This document shows positions 32,054 to 44,675 of a stretch of 64,000 nt of DNA, piece after piece. Made by a program: the position numbers and the translations under genes. Source of the DNA: Cyanophora paradoxa CCMP329. Taxonomy: Eukaryota; Plantae; Glaucophyta. Location of the stretch: assembly GCA_004431415.1 (NCBI GenBank), contig QPMI01000026.1, positions 1-64,000 on the forward strand, written 5' to 3'. The notes below the pieces were generated by a model that saw nothing but the letters and a program-made list of their open reading frames with translations, ran no database searches and was not told the DNA's origin. Each line of letters begins with the position of its first letter. Position 1 is the first letter of the stretch.

Positions 32054-35000
32054 ATGAGTCGAAATGTACATTCGATCTTCGAGAATATGCAACAGGTGAG
32101 TTATACTTATAATCTGCAGTTTTCGCTTCGTTCTAGATCGTTTCAAGTTTATTTCGATTCACACTGATCGTGGGCTCCAGAAACTCCGCGCGCATGCGGA
32201 GGCGACTTCGCAACAACTCCGCCCAATGGCGGCCTGGGAGGCGCTTGAAATTTTCTACGCTTTAATCGTCGAAGACTCGAGGGCAGAGGAAGAAGCGAAC
32301 CGCGCCCAGCCACGTGAACAATCGCGAGGGGGCGGCGCAGGGACTTCGCACGGTCCGAGTCAGCGCTCCTCCATCGAATTCGAATCACATGTTGCCATCC
32401 TCCACGCAGTCCGTGCGCGTCGCCAGCAAGCTTGCAGGGTTGCGTCCGTTTCTTTAATGTGATCACGATCGCGATCACAATTTGCACCAGTACTGAGGGA
32501 ACATTCACACGACCGTTAGGTGCTCGAGGCGCCGTGCCTGGCAGTCAGCGAATTTTGCCAATTGTTCGACGAGGACTGCTCACAAATCGTACTTCCTCTT
32601 TTTCACTTCAGATCGGATCGCCGCAGGGCCCTGATCATGAGTGTTGCGCCGCAGCCGCCACGGTCAGCCCCTGAGCCAGACAAGCACAACTTTGGACTCG
32701 GTGGCTGGAACATCAACAGCTCCGCAATTGCAGTTATGAACCATCTTTCCCACGTTTTCTCTGAAATCGTGCGCGGGTTGATATCCCTGTTCGAATTCTA
32801 CCGTGGACGTTGTAACGTGCTCTGTCTTAACTTCCGTGTGCAGAACGCGCTTTCAAAGCCCTGGAAACAAGCACAGGCCTTGCCGGACGGACCCCGCCGT
32901 GAACAAGCGCTGCGGGAAACGGGCAGGCGGCTCTGGGGACCCTCGGACCCGAAGGGCTCGCCCCCCAGGAGCCCTCTCGCCTCCTGGCACACCAGGGCGC
33001 CACCCACCTCGGGCTTCCTCGCTGCCCTGCGATTTGACCCGGAAACCTGTGGACTCCACGTCCTCCTTCACGAAGGACTCACGTCGCTGATTGTAGAGGG
33101 CGAGCTCTACGGCACAAGCTCGCCGCAGGACATCGCTCTCTTCCGCGAGTTCGCCGCGTTTTTGAGACAAGTGCAGCTTCAACTAATGAAGGAGAGCCCC
33201 CCGCGGCCGGACCTGAAAAGGATGCTTAACTGGCTGGCCGATTTTGTGGTGCTTGCTTCGAATATTCGAATATTTGAAGAAATACCGGCCTTGCTTGCCG
33301 TGTTTGATTGCTTCGGATATTCATTCTAGATCTGAACGTACATGCACAGGTACAGTGCGCCTGTAGTGTGGACGGACCCGCCCCAAGGCCGGAGGCAGGA
33401 CGCCCAGGAGTCCAGCTAGTCTGCGCAGCGCTCGAGGAGCTTTTCGGCGAATTCGAAGATCACAAGCACGAACAAGCGAAGGCGTCGACGTCGGCTTCGA
33501 ATTTCTCGGCCGGTACAACACTAGCCTGTCCGCATACGTATACGTATGCGGATCACGAAGCTAAGAGCCAGCTGCAGCAGAATTCGAACGGCCGCGGGGG
33601 ATGGTGCGCGTGGAGTTCAGGGAGTTCGACTCCTCCACTACGCCCTACACGTACAGCGCCGAGGAAGAGAAGCAGCGGGCCGCTCTGCGCCGGGAGGTTG
33701 AGCGGGTGGCGCGCGCGTCTGGCGTCAAGGTTGTGCGGGAGGTGCGCACGCCCAGGCCCTCGATCCGCAGCAGTTTCTGAGCAGAAAAGTCTGACGAAGC
33801 CGCAGCGGAAGTCGAATTCGAATTCGAAGGCGCCCGCAAGTACAAGTGCTCCGGCGCAGCCCGAATCCGGGGGGGACGAGGTCGTGGAGCCCCCCAGTGC
33901 GGAAGGAGCAAGGACCGCCCAGCACGAGAAGCGCATGGCCGCGTTCCGCCGCGAGTTCGAGCAGGCCGTGCGGACGTTTGACGTCGGGCCGTCCTCGCAG
34001 TCGGTACACCATGAATTCTCGAGCTCTGCATAATCTCATGATCATCCTCGCAATTCACGCAATCGACCGCTGCTGATTGCATTTTGGACTGCAGCCGGCT
34101 ACCCTAAAGAAAGCACGCGAGCTGGTGCGCAGGATCTACTCAGATCTAGTTGCCGCTTTCTCGTTTCCTGACCTCGGATCGCGATCTGATCTGATCTGAT
34201 CTGACCTCGCCAGAGCGCCGCGAACCTCGCCCTCAACATCGAGTACAAGGCCGGCTCGCTGGAGGACCTCGAGGCGGCGCTCAAGGCCTCCCGCGCCGCC
34301 CTCGCCGCCCTACTGGCCCTCGCCAAGCCCCCCGCGGCCGGCCCTCGGCCGGCGCCTCCCGCGGCCGCTGCCGCTGCCGCGGCTGCCACTGCCGCTAGCG
34401 CTCCTACTGCGGCCGCCGTTGCGTCAGCGTCTGACGAGGAGGATCCGCATAAGGACGAGGTAATTTCCCAGCGGCTATCGGCGTCCCTGCGACTCGGCAA
34501 CGCGTTCAGCGCCCTTGATACGGATCCAGAGCCCGGGCGGCCAGCTGCAGCCGCGCGCCAGCGGTCTCCAGCGCCGCTGCCACAGCTGCAGGCGGCACAG
34601 CACGTGCACGGGGCTCCGGCAGCGGCCGCAAGCTTGCAGCCCTCTTCCGCATCCGGCCATCCGTCATCATCGATATCGGCCCTCGGTGCAGGTTCGGCCG
34701 CAAACTGATTAGATTCTTTTTCGAAGTTATTTAAATTAATATTCGGCTGATTATGAATAATCAGAAACGCTCGCGGATGCCGCAACAGCAGCTCATGATC
34801 AGCCCCCGGGCCCGCCAACCACCCCCTCGCTCCGGATCCCTTCTGCATCGATATCCTCAAGCTCGAGCACAACGCCGCCAGCTGCCACCGTGCCCGCCGG
34901 CGGGGCCGCCGCCGGCCCCGCCCCCGCAGCTGCCGCCGTTCGCAAGCCGGCGAAGTACTGCCCCCCGGGCCTCTTCTCGCGGCCTGCGCCAGCCTCGGCC

Positions 35001-35636
35001 CAGGCACCGGCACCGGCGCCAGCTGCAGCCTCTTCGTCTCTGCCGCTGGCGCCGCCGCAGCCGCCTGCGCCGGCCGCCCTGGCGCCCGCGGTCGCGGCAG
35101 CAGCCGCGCCAAGCCCTCCCCCAGATCCGGCAGCCGCTCGAGCTCTTCATCCGCCAGCCTCGGCACCGGCTAGCGTGGATCTTCCTGGCGTCCCAAAATT
35201 TGTTTATCTTTATGTGTTCCCTGCCCCAGCCCCGGCGGCGGCGCCCGCGCGAGAGGAGCCCTCGGACTTTGTCGCCCATGCGGTCTCGCCCGACGGCCGC
35301 CTCCTGAGCGCGCGCGTCAAGCGCCCGCCCCCCGCCTGCGTCCTCTGCAGCGAGGACCCCGAGGAGGATGGCCCCGCCGCCTGCATCGTAGGGATGCAGG
35401 TCCACGCGCCTTCGAATTCGGGCGCCGGCGCCGGCGCCGTCGGGCACCTCACCGGCCACGTCGCCGTCTGCGCCGCCTGCGTCGCCTCGTGGGACCGCCG
35501 GGCTGCCCGCTCCAAGTTCGACCTGCTCAAGTGCATCGTGTGCAGGGCGGACCTCGCGCCCGGCCTGCACCCGCGGGGCCGGCCCCTCGTCGCCCACCAG
35601 TTCTGCTACCTCGATGGCAGCCGCGCCCAGCTCTAG
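32054..35636 (+). CDS. Multi-exon protein with Ala/Pro-rich linker and C-terminal MDM2-like (C2H2C4) RING finger; putative E3 ligase
   Basis: Exon 1 MSRNVHSIFENMQQ (32054-32095) splices in frame to KLRAHAE...MAAWEALEIF (32181). Last exon encodes CVLC...ACIVG...GHLTGHVAVCAAC...CIVCRADL, compared with MDM2 CVIC...GCIVHGKTGHLMACFTC...CPVCR. Internal exon boundaries approximate. Confidence 0.72.
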
Positions 35637-36002
35637 ATATATATATATATATATATAGATCTAGCTAGGCCCAAATCTAGCGATCCTTGAGCCATGCATT
35701 TAATTTGAACCATCTGCATCTCGAAGCTGTAGTGGCTGGCAGTAAGTCATGATCATGAATCTAACTAACGTCTTTGTCGAACTAATCTTTTTGAAGCCTT
35801 TAAAATTTTAAGCTTGAAAGCCTCATCTTAAGCTTCATCGCGAAGCTTGAAGCTTGCTAATGATCTGCGACCGATGATGATCCGAGCTGGCCTGTCGGCT
35901 GAATTAGAGAGATCGCTTAAGCTTGTACATTCTCTCATCCGATAGATATCAAGCAGATTTTTAGATAGACCTATTTAGGTCAGGTTTGCCCTCCGCTCAT
36001 AT

Positions 36003-38078
36003 TATTATTGGTGTTGTTGGCCCGCTCTGCTGTGCTGTGGCTGCCCAGCTGTGCTCCCAGCCCGTGCGCTACACGCGGGATTGCCCCGAGGGGTGGTGGG
36101 GCTGTATTGGGAGCCGTGGTGCGGTCCCGGAGGGTACAGCGAGACTACTGACTGGGGTACATGGTAAGAGTGGCTCGACTCAGTGGAAACCAGGCTGGCA
36201 ACATCTCCCTCACTGGTAAGACCACGTCCACGTGGTCCACATCGGAACGGCAACGACTACGCCCGCGTGGTCGGGGCCGGGACGGAAAACGCTTAGGCCT
36301 GGCAGTGAACCAAGGGCCAGAAGGGGTACAACTCAAAGGCCGTCCGAAAGATCGAGGGTACGCCAAGGGAACGAGGGGTACAGGGATCTCCCTCACTGGT
36401 AAGGTGAAAGCTACCGAGGGGGGATCTCCCTCACTGGTAAGGATGAAGCCACTACGGAACTGCACGAGAAAGGACAGGGATGAGAAAGAACCCGCTATCC
36501 AGGGCAGCAGCGAGGCACGAGGTCTGAAGAGGCCAAGCCACTGATGGGACCCTGGGGGCCATACAGAGAGGCACCGGCACTTGCATCCCACAGCAAGAGA
36601 CCAGGCAGAAAACCACCACCCGACGGGAAAGGAAATGGGAAGACTCAAAAGAGGAATGGAGAACGGCAAAGGATGCAAGGGGGCAGAGCCCGGGGGACAT
36701 CGACGTCGGGGTACAGCACGTCAGCGACGGGGAGGGGCGGCTCGGGCAATCACGGCCATCGTAAAGACGGGTGTGACGCGCGGCACGCAAGGTAAGTCTG
36801 GTCATCTTGAAGCCTCGATTGCGAGTGGCCGCATCTGAGCAAGACAGCAAGAGGGATCGGTCAGAGCCATCCTTCCGCAGGGGCCACCACTCAGGCGGGA
36901 GGCTAGCAGCTCGGGACCGGCGAGGCAACTCTCTTCGGGGCTCCAACGGGCCATGGCAGGCTATGCGACTCATCGGATACATCATCCGGGATTGGAAGGG
37001 CAACGCCGCATCGGATACATCATCCGTGGGCCATCGGACAGCGATAAGGGTCACGACTGAACGGCGCGGGGCCGGACTCCCAGTCGGTTGCGACAGACTC
37101 TCAGTCGGAAGCAAGATAGACTCTCAAAGCTCATAGACTCTCAAGGCGACTGGCATGGGTAGCCGAGTCGCGGGACACGCATAGATGGTTCCCTTCTAAG
37201 AGCGACTCTCGGGGGGCGAGCTGCTAATGCGACGGAAAGAACGAGAGAGAGCGTATCTTCAGCGTGAAGATGTAGCTTGGTCGCCGCCTCCAGTCCGTAC
37301 GCGCAGGTCCGGGCGATCGCGGCCAAGCCTTTGAAGTGCGCGCCGGTCTGGTTGGGCGGACTCCCGGGACGCGCAGCACTCGCAGACAGCGCTCGCCTTT
37401 GGCGCCCTTGCTCACGCGCGCGGAGCGCGGCGTGCTGGGTCGCTGAGGGACGCAAGCCGAGGCTCATGCCGGAATCACCCGGCCTCCGATGCGCGATGGC
37501 GCTGATCGACGTGGAAAGAACACCAGCTCTCGATCAGGCCGCACGGATTACGCTGGAATCACCCAGCTGCCAAGGCTGCTGCAGGCGGCACGGGAATCAC
37601 CCGACGGTCCGACGCGGTCCAGCGCGCGAGCGAGGGCCGGTCGCGGGGCATCACCCGGTGCTGCTGCTGACGAGCACATCGCTGCGGTCGCGGTTGGGAT
37701 CGCCATCTTCTTCTCCTCCCTCCGCTTTTGAAGATTCGGCCTCCGTGCCGATCGTCCCTCCTTTTCGTAGTCCAGCGATCGCGCGCACTCTCCACCATGC
37801 AGAATCCACGGACTCTCCACCGGCGCATCGACGTCCGCAGCGTCCGTCGACGGGGCCAGGGGCTGTCGCGGCGAGGGTATTATTGGCGTTGTTGGCCCGC
37901 TCTGCTGTGCTGTGGCTGCCCAGCTGTGCTCCCAGCCCGTGCGCTACACGCGGGATTGCCCCGAGGGGTGGTGGGGCTGTATTGGGAGCCGTGGTGCGGT
38001 CCCGGAGGGTACAGCGAGACTACTGACTGGGGTACATGGTAAGAGTGGCTCGACTCAGTGGAAACCAGGCTGGCAACA
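36003..38078 (-). mobile_element. Recent non-autonomous LTR retroelement (~2.08 kb)
   Basis: 201-bp direct repeats at 36003-36203 and 37878-38078 with one mismatch seen. ATAT flanks inside a (TA)n tract; empty site at 7391-7406. On the - strand, purine tract AGTGAGGGAGA abuts the TGTTG LTR start. No gag/pol recognised. Confidence 0.88.
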
Positions 38079-38211
38079 ATATATATATATATATATAGCG
38101 GTGTACATGTGGTTATCATACACGCTTGTCATTTCATGCCTCACTTCATGTCATGTCATTTCATTTCATGTATAGGAGCGTACACGTACGTACTACCGTT
38201 GCGGTTCAGGC

Positions 38212-41200
38212 TTAGCATTCGAGGCCTACAGCAGCGGCGGATCCGGACTCGAACACCGCGGCCACCGCCCACGTGCACTCCTCCTCCATGTCCTCTTCGA
38301 ATTCCTCGAAATCCATCTGCTGCAGGCCCTCCTCGAGCTCGAGTGCCTGCACAATCGAGCTCGATATAAATAAATAAATAAATACAGAAGATAATATAAC
38401 AGATGCTTTGGGGAGGGCCGGGGGCCTGCCTCTGGGCCATCCTCGCTGAAGGCAGCTGTGCTTTGATCCAGCTGCGCCCAGGACACACTGCGCAAGACTT
38501 AGCCTAGCTAGGACTCTGCCTCAGGCCTAGACCAAGAGCTAGAGGCGCACAACAGTGACGAAGTCACTGGTATTTGCATAATTACTTATTGGGCGTAGTA
38601 TAATATATAGCGCGGCTCACGTTTTGTTGGCGTCGGCCTCGCCAGAGCTGCTCACATTGAAGCAATTGGCTTTCGTGGAGTCGCCCCCGCCCCACGTTTG
38701 CTGCACAGCCACTGAATTGAATCCGTTGGCTTGGCATCTGCGCGGGTCGCGAATCTTAAGACATTCGATTACCGAAAACTCGATGATTATTGCCTGACGA
38801 GATCTAGACGTGGCATGTTTATTCATATGAATTCGAATTCGCTTCTCCAGATCTATGATCATGAGCGAACACGCATCTGAAAGGAGAACTCCGGAAAGAA
38901 ATATATAGCTATCACAGTATAGGAGCTTGCAGGCCTCGACTACATATAAAAATCGAAACTCTGAAAATGCGCTCACGCAAACCAGAAGTCTCCTCCGACA
39001 CCATTCGTTGCGAGACCTTTCTCCCCCGTGCAGTCTGAGCCCTGCGTACCGAAAATAGCGCCAACACCACATCATTTGGCCATGCATGGATGTGTGATGA
39101 GACGGTTGTTGTTCGCGATCGTTTCATGGACTGGTACTCGGATGAGATTACAAACCTTGAAACAGACTTTGTTGTAGTCCCCTGCAGGCACCTAATGTCA
39201 GAGACTTCGGGCGACAGCTGCAGCGCATATGATTGCGAGTCGCGCGCATGCATATATGCGCACCGCTCTCAACCTGGACCCCGCCGACATCGAAGGAAGA
39301 CGGGGCGGCGTACGCTCCTTCGGATTCCTGCACAATCGAGCTCGATGTAAATAAAACGTACGAGCAGATGCTTTGGGGCGGGGGCTTTGCCTGCGTGTCG
39401 CCGAGCGAGTAATCGTATCCGGTGGTCGGTTGGGCGGCATAATATTCATCCATCCTGGAACCGGCGTCGGGCCGCTTCATGATCAGCGTCACTTGTGCGT
39501 ACGCACGAGCATCCTAGAAAAAGGAAGTCGTGGGGCTCACTCTTGGCTGGTCCAGGTCTCGCCAGTGGAGCTCACATTTTTGCATTTGACCATGGTTTTC
39601 GCGCCTTCAGCTGTCGTCTCCCATGTAGCTACGGAATGGTAACTGTTGTTGTAGCATCTGCGTGGCCCGGCGCGACAATAATCGATAATCATGATCAGTA
39701 ATGTTGAGCGCAATCGCGAGCATCGATCGCGAATCTGCATACGGAAGGCCCAACCGGCTCCCAGTGGTTCATAGCGATTGCAATTGGGGGAAAACGGAAG
39801 CGGAAGCGGGGGCGGGGCGGAGGGGAGGTGGGGGGGGGGGGGGGGGGGGGAGGGAGGGAGGGGGGGGGGGTGGCGGATTTAGATAGAGAAAGTGTGCATA
39901 GGAGACACTCACGCTTTCCAGAAGTCGTCTCCAACACCATTCGTCGCAAGCCCTTCAGTTCCCTGGCAGTCCCAACCCTGCGCAGATGCGTTGAGAGTTC
40001 ACGATCGCGACCTCTGATTTAAAAGCGTGCGCTCTGATCATGGGCTCACCGCGAAGCATGACTTGACGAGGGAGCCTGCAGTTGCAGATTAGTGAAACGA
40101 ATGTACCTTTTGATCAGCTCGATTTTCGAAGCATCTATGTATTTAAATTTATAGCTATGTTGCACAGTGTACGTTGCGCCGCGCATTGATATTGAACGAA
40201 TGCCGCACGCACCCTCTTGGACCTCTACCCCTCCGACGGTGAACGGTGGGTCCCAGGGCACGCTGAGTCGCGATCGCGGCATCAGCCTCGACACTTAACC
40301 CGCTCAAGCTGATCATTAAGCAGAGACAATATTAATGGAGATGCTCACGTCATTCGAAGGTCTTGTTCAATCGCTTGGGATCCGGACCCAATAACCTGGG
40401 CGCAATTGGCTTTGGTGCCGTCGGTCTTCTGTTGAGTGGCCAAGTGAATGTATCCATTGGCGTGACATCTATACGGTCACATGTCACAGTCAGTTCCAAG
40501 TCGGCAATCGATATCCAGAGCGATCGTGCAGGCGGCAGCTGGATCTAAAGCGCCCTCAATTAATTACACACAGGTCAAAGCGGCAAATTATGTAATATGT
40601 AATACCGCCACCACCGTCTTCGATTAAAACAAAATGCTCCAATTTAAGCGGCCAAATGAAATTTCAGCGGCCCGGATTCAACTGGCAATCTGCACAGATT
40701 CGGAGCCGCTCACGCTTTAAAGAAGTCCGGTCCGACGCCACTCGTCTCCAGAGCCTTCTCTCCGGTGCAGTAGAACCCCTGCATAACAGCTTAAATATAA
40801 GGTATTAAACGTTGCAATTACCCCTTCTCTAGATCTTTCAAAGTGTACGCATGTATACGTATTCGCATACAAGCTTAAGCTTGAGTTCGGGAGGAAAACC
40901 ACATCAAAGCAGCTTCGGGGATCCTGACATACCGAGAAGCAGGCCTTCGTGTCGTAACCTTATAGTACAGGTCGAACTTAATTCAAGAGAATAAACATGT
41001 ACGACGCGTCGAGCGCACCTCTCTCGATCTCTACCCCACCAACTTTGAAATCCCAGGGTACGCTGCGATGATTGCTTAGGATATGTAATCGCAACCTCAG
41101 GTTCATCCAAACGCGATTGCAATTAAAACACGGTTCGCAAGTCACCGAGTGTATGCGATGTTAAGTGGCTATCTCCAAGCTCGATCGCGAGGTGCGGACA

Positions 41201-43651
41201 TAAAAGCAACCTCTCTGCTCAGGCTTTTGATTAAAGCAGTTTGCTGGCGGTCGAATTACATATATATGTCTCTTGTCGGGTATTTATAAAATTTGATTAT
41301 CTCCGCGCCATGAGAAATAGAATAGACATCACGCACGTTTTGTTGATGTCGACAATGCCGGAGCTGTTCACGGTTAAGCATTTTGCATTCGAGTAATCGC
41401 CGGTTCCCGACGACTGCAGAATAGCCATGGAAGGGTACTTGGCGTTGTTGCATCTGCAAGTGCGGCCCCAAGCCGGAACTCGAGTCAGGTGCAGTAGAAA
41501 ATTAAACCTCGACTCCGAAGCAGGTGCAGAAGCTTGAATCTAGAAAAGATCTAGACAGCCATGCAGGCCGCAAATGTTTGGAGCCTGGGTCACTCACGCT
41601 TTCCAGAAATTGTCTCCAACGAACTCTGTGGCGAAAACCTTTTTTCCAGTGCATTCAGGCCCCTGCGCGCGGGTGCGAATTAGCTTGGGTATGGACGTAC
41701 AAATTCAAGCCCACGAGGAGAGGCGAATGCGGCCCGGAGAAGTTTCATTTACCGTAAAGCATGCCATGGTGTCGTTTCCTGCATTCCAAAAGTTAGCCCC
41801 AGTATCGAGCCACGCACGCACGCGTGTAAGATAATTTGGAAGGCGGCGTGACGTCTACACGCACCCCTGTCGACCTCGATAACGCCGCGGGTGGGATCGT
41901 TAAACATTGGGTATCTCCATTGCATGCTGCGTAGATCCCAGCCTCATGGTCAGCCTTGACGACACACGCTTAAGAGCTCTACTTTCCGAAGTTCGCATGC
42001 ATCATGGCATGTTCAATTTTTGCAACGGCTCACGTTCTGTTAGCGTCGACGTCGACCACGCCGGCGCCGTCGGCGGCCGAACTAATATTGTAGCAAATGG
42101 CCTCGTCGCTGTATCCCCCGCTCCACGGCTTCCGCATAGCCACGGACGAGTAACCAGAAGCTCGGCATCTGCGTGGCCCAGATCGCGAGCGTCATGTACA
42201 AATGCATGCCGAGCCCCCTGGGAATATTAATCTCGCAGATTTAAATCTATAAGAAAGCATCAAGAACTTGTACACTGTACAATAGCCCGAGAGGCCTACA
42301 GATCTAGAGCTCGAGCATGCATATGCGATACTATCGATTCATATGCGAGATGCAGAGTGAGTTACTAATTATAATTATAAGTTTCGTGTCTAGAACTGTG
42401 ATTTAAGAAATTAAATGTATAAAGCCGCAGCTGCAGCTGCAGGTTCACGGTCATGTGGATGATGATTACTCACGCTTTCGAGAAATCACTGCCCACGCCT
42501 TCAGTTTCAAGTTCCTTGCTTCCAGTGCAGTTCGGCCCCTGCGAATGCGAGGGCAATATTAATTGCCCGCTTTGAAGATCCGCTAGCAAGGAGTCCGGTC
42601 CGAAAGGCCGAAACTATTTATATTATATAAAGAAGTCGACGAAGATATATTATATAAAGAAGTCACCTTGAAGCAGGCCTTCATAGCGATGCCTGCGTGC
42701 GAAAATTCGCTTCAACATAAGTCCTTCTGTTCTGGAGAGGCTAGGGCTTGGGCAGCGATCGCGCGATCCGAAATTCAGTCGATATCGATTCTAGTTTTTG
42801 ACGCGCATGCGCGCACCCCTCTCGATCTTGACCCCGCCAAGAATGGAATCCCAGAGGACTCTGCGCCGCGATCAGCTACTCCTCGTGACCCCATCCTCAA
42901 GGTCAGCTTCAGGTGATTGAGCGGGCTATTTAGCTATGAATGCGTATGTGAGGCGAAAGTGCGCGGCTCACTCTCTTTGACTTTCGACTCGCCCAGATCC
43001 GTTGACGATGTCGGAACGGACCTCTCCAGAGCCGTTGACATTGAAGCAACGGCCTTTCGGCCCATGTAATTGCAAAGCCAAGCTTTTGTGACCATTGCCC
43101 CAGCATCTGTCGACCCAAGTGAGTGATGGTCGACGTCAGTTGCGGCAAAGAAATAGCATCTCGAATACTAATTTTAGCACGAGCAAGCAATTGCATGTCC
43201 CAGGCCCCAGGCTATTACGTATACACAACGTTAACGCCCAGACTGTTACATTCGGCTCAATGCCACTCACGCCTTCCAGAAGTCATCGCCGACTTCGCTG
43301 GTCTCAAGCACTTTGTCTCCAGTACAGTCCGGTCCCTGCGCACACGCGCGCCGAAGCGTCAGCTGCAGGTAACTCGGAATCGAATGTGGACCCATATGCA
43401 TGGCCCAGCTCTATGACATAAATCCGCAACTCTAAAACTCTTAGACCGCTGCGGAATCGCAGGTGTCACAGTGTGCAGGCACGTATATATATGCGTATAC
43501 TGCACTACGGGACTTTAAAGGTCGAACAACTAATACGTAAACTGAGAAACTCGAGATACCGTGAAGCACGCCTTGGCAGAGGAGCCTGCCGGCGCCGATC
43601 GCGCAGATCAGCGATATGTATGCATATGCACGTCCGTTTCGAGACCGGCGC

Positions 43652-43711
<60 letters not shown>

Positions 43712-43908
43712 GCTGTAGAGCGCCAGCACTCAAGCTTGCAGTGCAAAGCTTAAGTTGCATGCGCAGCGATCCGATGATGGCGTGCATATGATCACGCGTA
43801 CGTATACGTATACGTATATTGCGCGGCACACGTGCATGCGCACGCACCCTTCAACACGGTAACTCCGCCGACCACCTTGGTTGCCGGTTTCGATGGCTTC
43901 GGGCCCAT
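38212..43908 (-). CDS. Six-repeat 4-Cys domain protein, copy 2
   Basis: Same exon modules and phases as 7515-13398. The exons checked are open and their indels are multiples of 3. Confidence 0.83.
43655..43709. repeat. (TA)n microsatellite in intron 1 of copy 2
   Basis: Long perfect TA run, absent from copy 1 (~13205). Confidence 0.95.
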
Positions 43909-44247
43909 TCCGTATCTGAAGCGCCCGGCGGCCCCGGCCCGAAGTTTAAACCTTAAGCTTAAGCTTGTACAATTATATCGGCGACATCGACAGGACCGGC
44001 CGGGCCGGCGGTAGCTAAAGGCTGCGGCTCCGGCGGTAGCTTTAGCTAACGTCAGGCACAGCAGCTATAGAAAAGCGCACCGCCGAACTCGAAATGCGCG
44101 CGTACGATTGCGACCTGCACGTCGACAATCTAAACTTCCTGCTGCCGCAGCCTGGCAGTGCTGCCGAAGTGCGGTGCAGCTCAGCGGCTGTCCGTCAAAG
44201 TTAGTGCAAGTGGTGGCACGCGTGCTCACTGCTCAGTGCTCAGTGCT

Positions 44248-44675
44248 CAGTGTAAAACAGGAAATATTTAAGACACCAAAATGTTTAGTAATTTCGGGGT
44301 TTGGCCGGTTTAGTAGGCCTAAAATTATTAAGAGTTAGTCGCGTAAGCCTTTAGCAGGGGGTTCCGGGGGTGCACGTGAGCGCGGTACGTGCAATGGGGG
44401 TGCTCGACGCCGGCGACGCCGCGCGCTTCTGCGCTCCATTCGAGCAATTTAACTAAGACCGCGCCGATGAAACTGCGCTACGTACCCCCCGGGCATCGGG
44501 TTTAATTGTATCAAAAACTTTATGTATGGTCGGGGGCATCGGGGGGTACTGTATGGGGCGACTTCTCGGCAGCAAATTACCGCGGGACCAAATTACCGCG
44601 TTTTAACAAATTCTCGGCGCGGTAATTTGATACCGCGGTAATTAAGTGGGCGCGGTATTTATGTGTTCTACGGTA
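44248..44675. mobile_element. Probable DNA-transposon remnant
   Basis: Not seen in copy 1. Right end ...GTGTTCTACGG-TA (pogo-like CCGTA terminus) with repeated AATTACCGCG motifs in both orientations. No matching left TIR. Confidence 0.45.

Noticed and set aside
36960-37010. IGYIIRDWKGN resembling an RNase H-like strand
   Set aside because: No flanking catalytic motifs, and opposite to the inferred element orientation.
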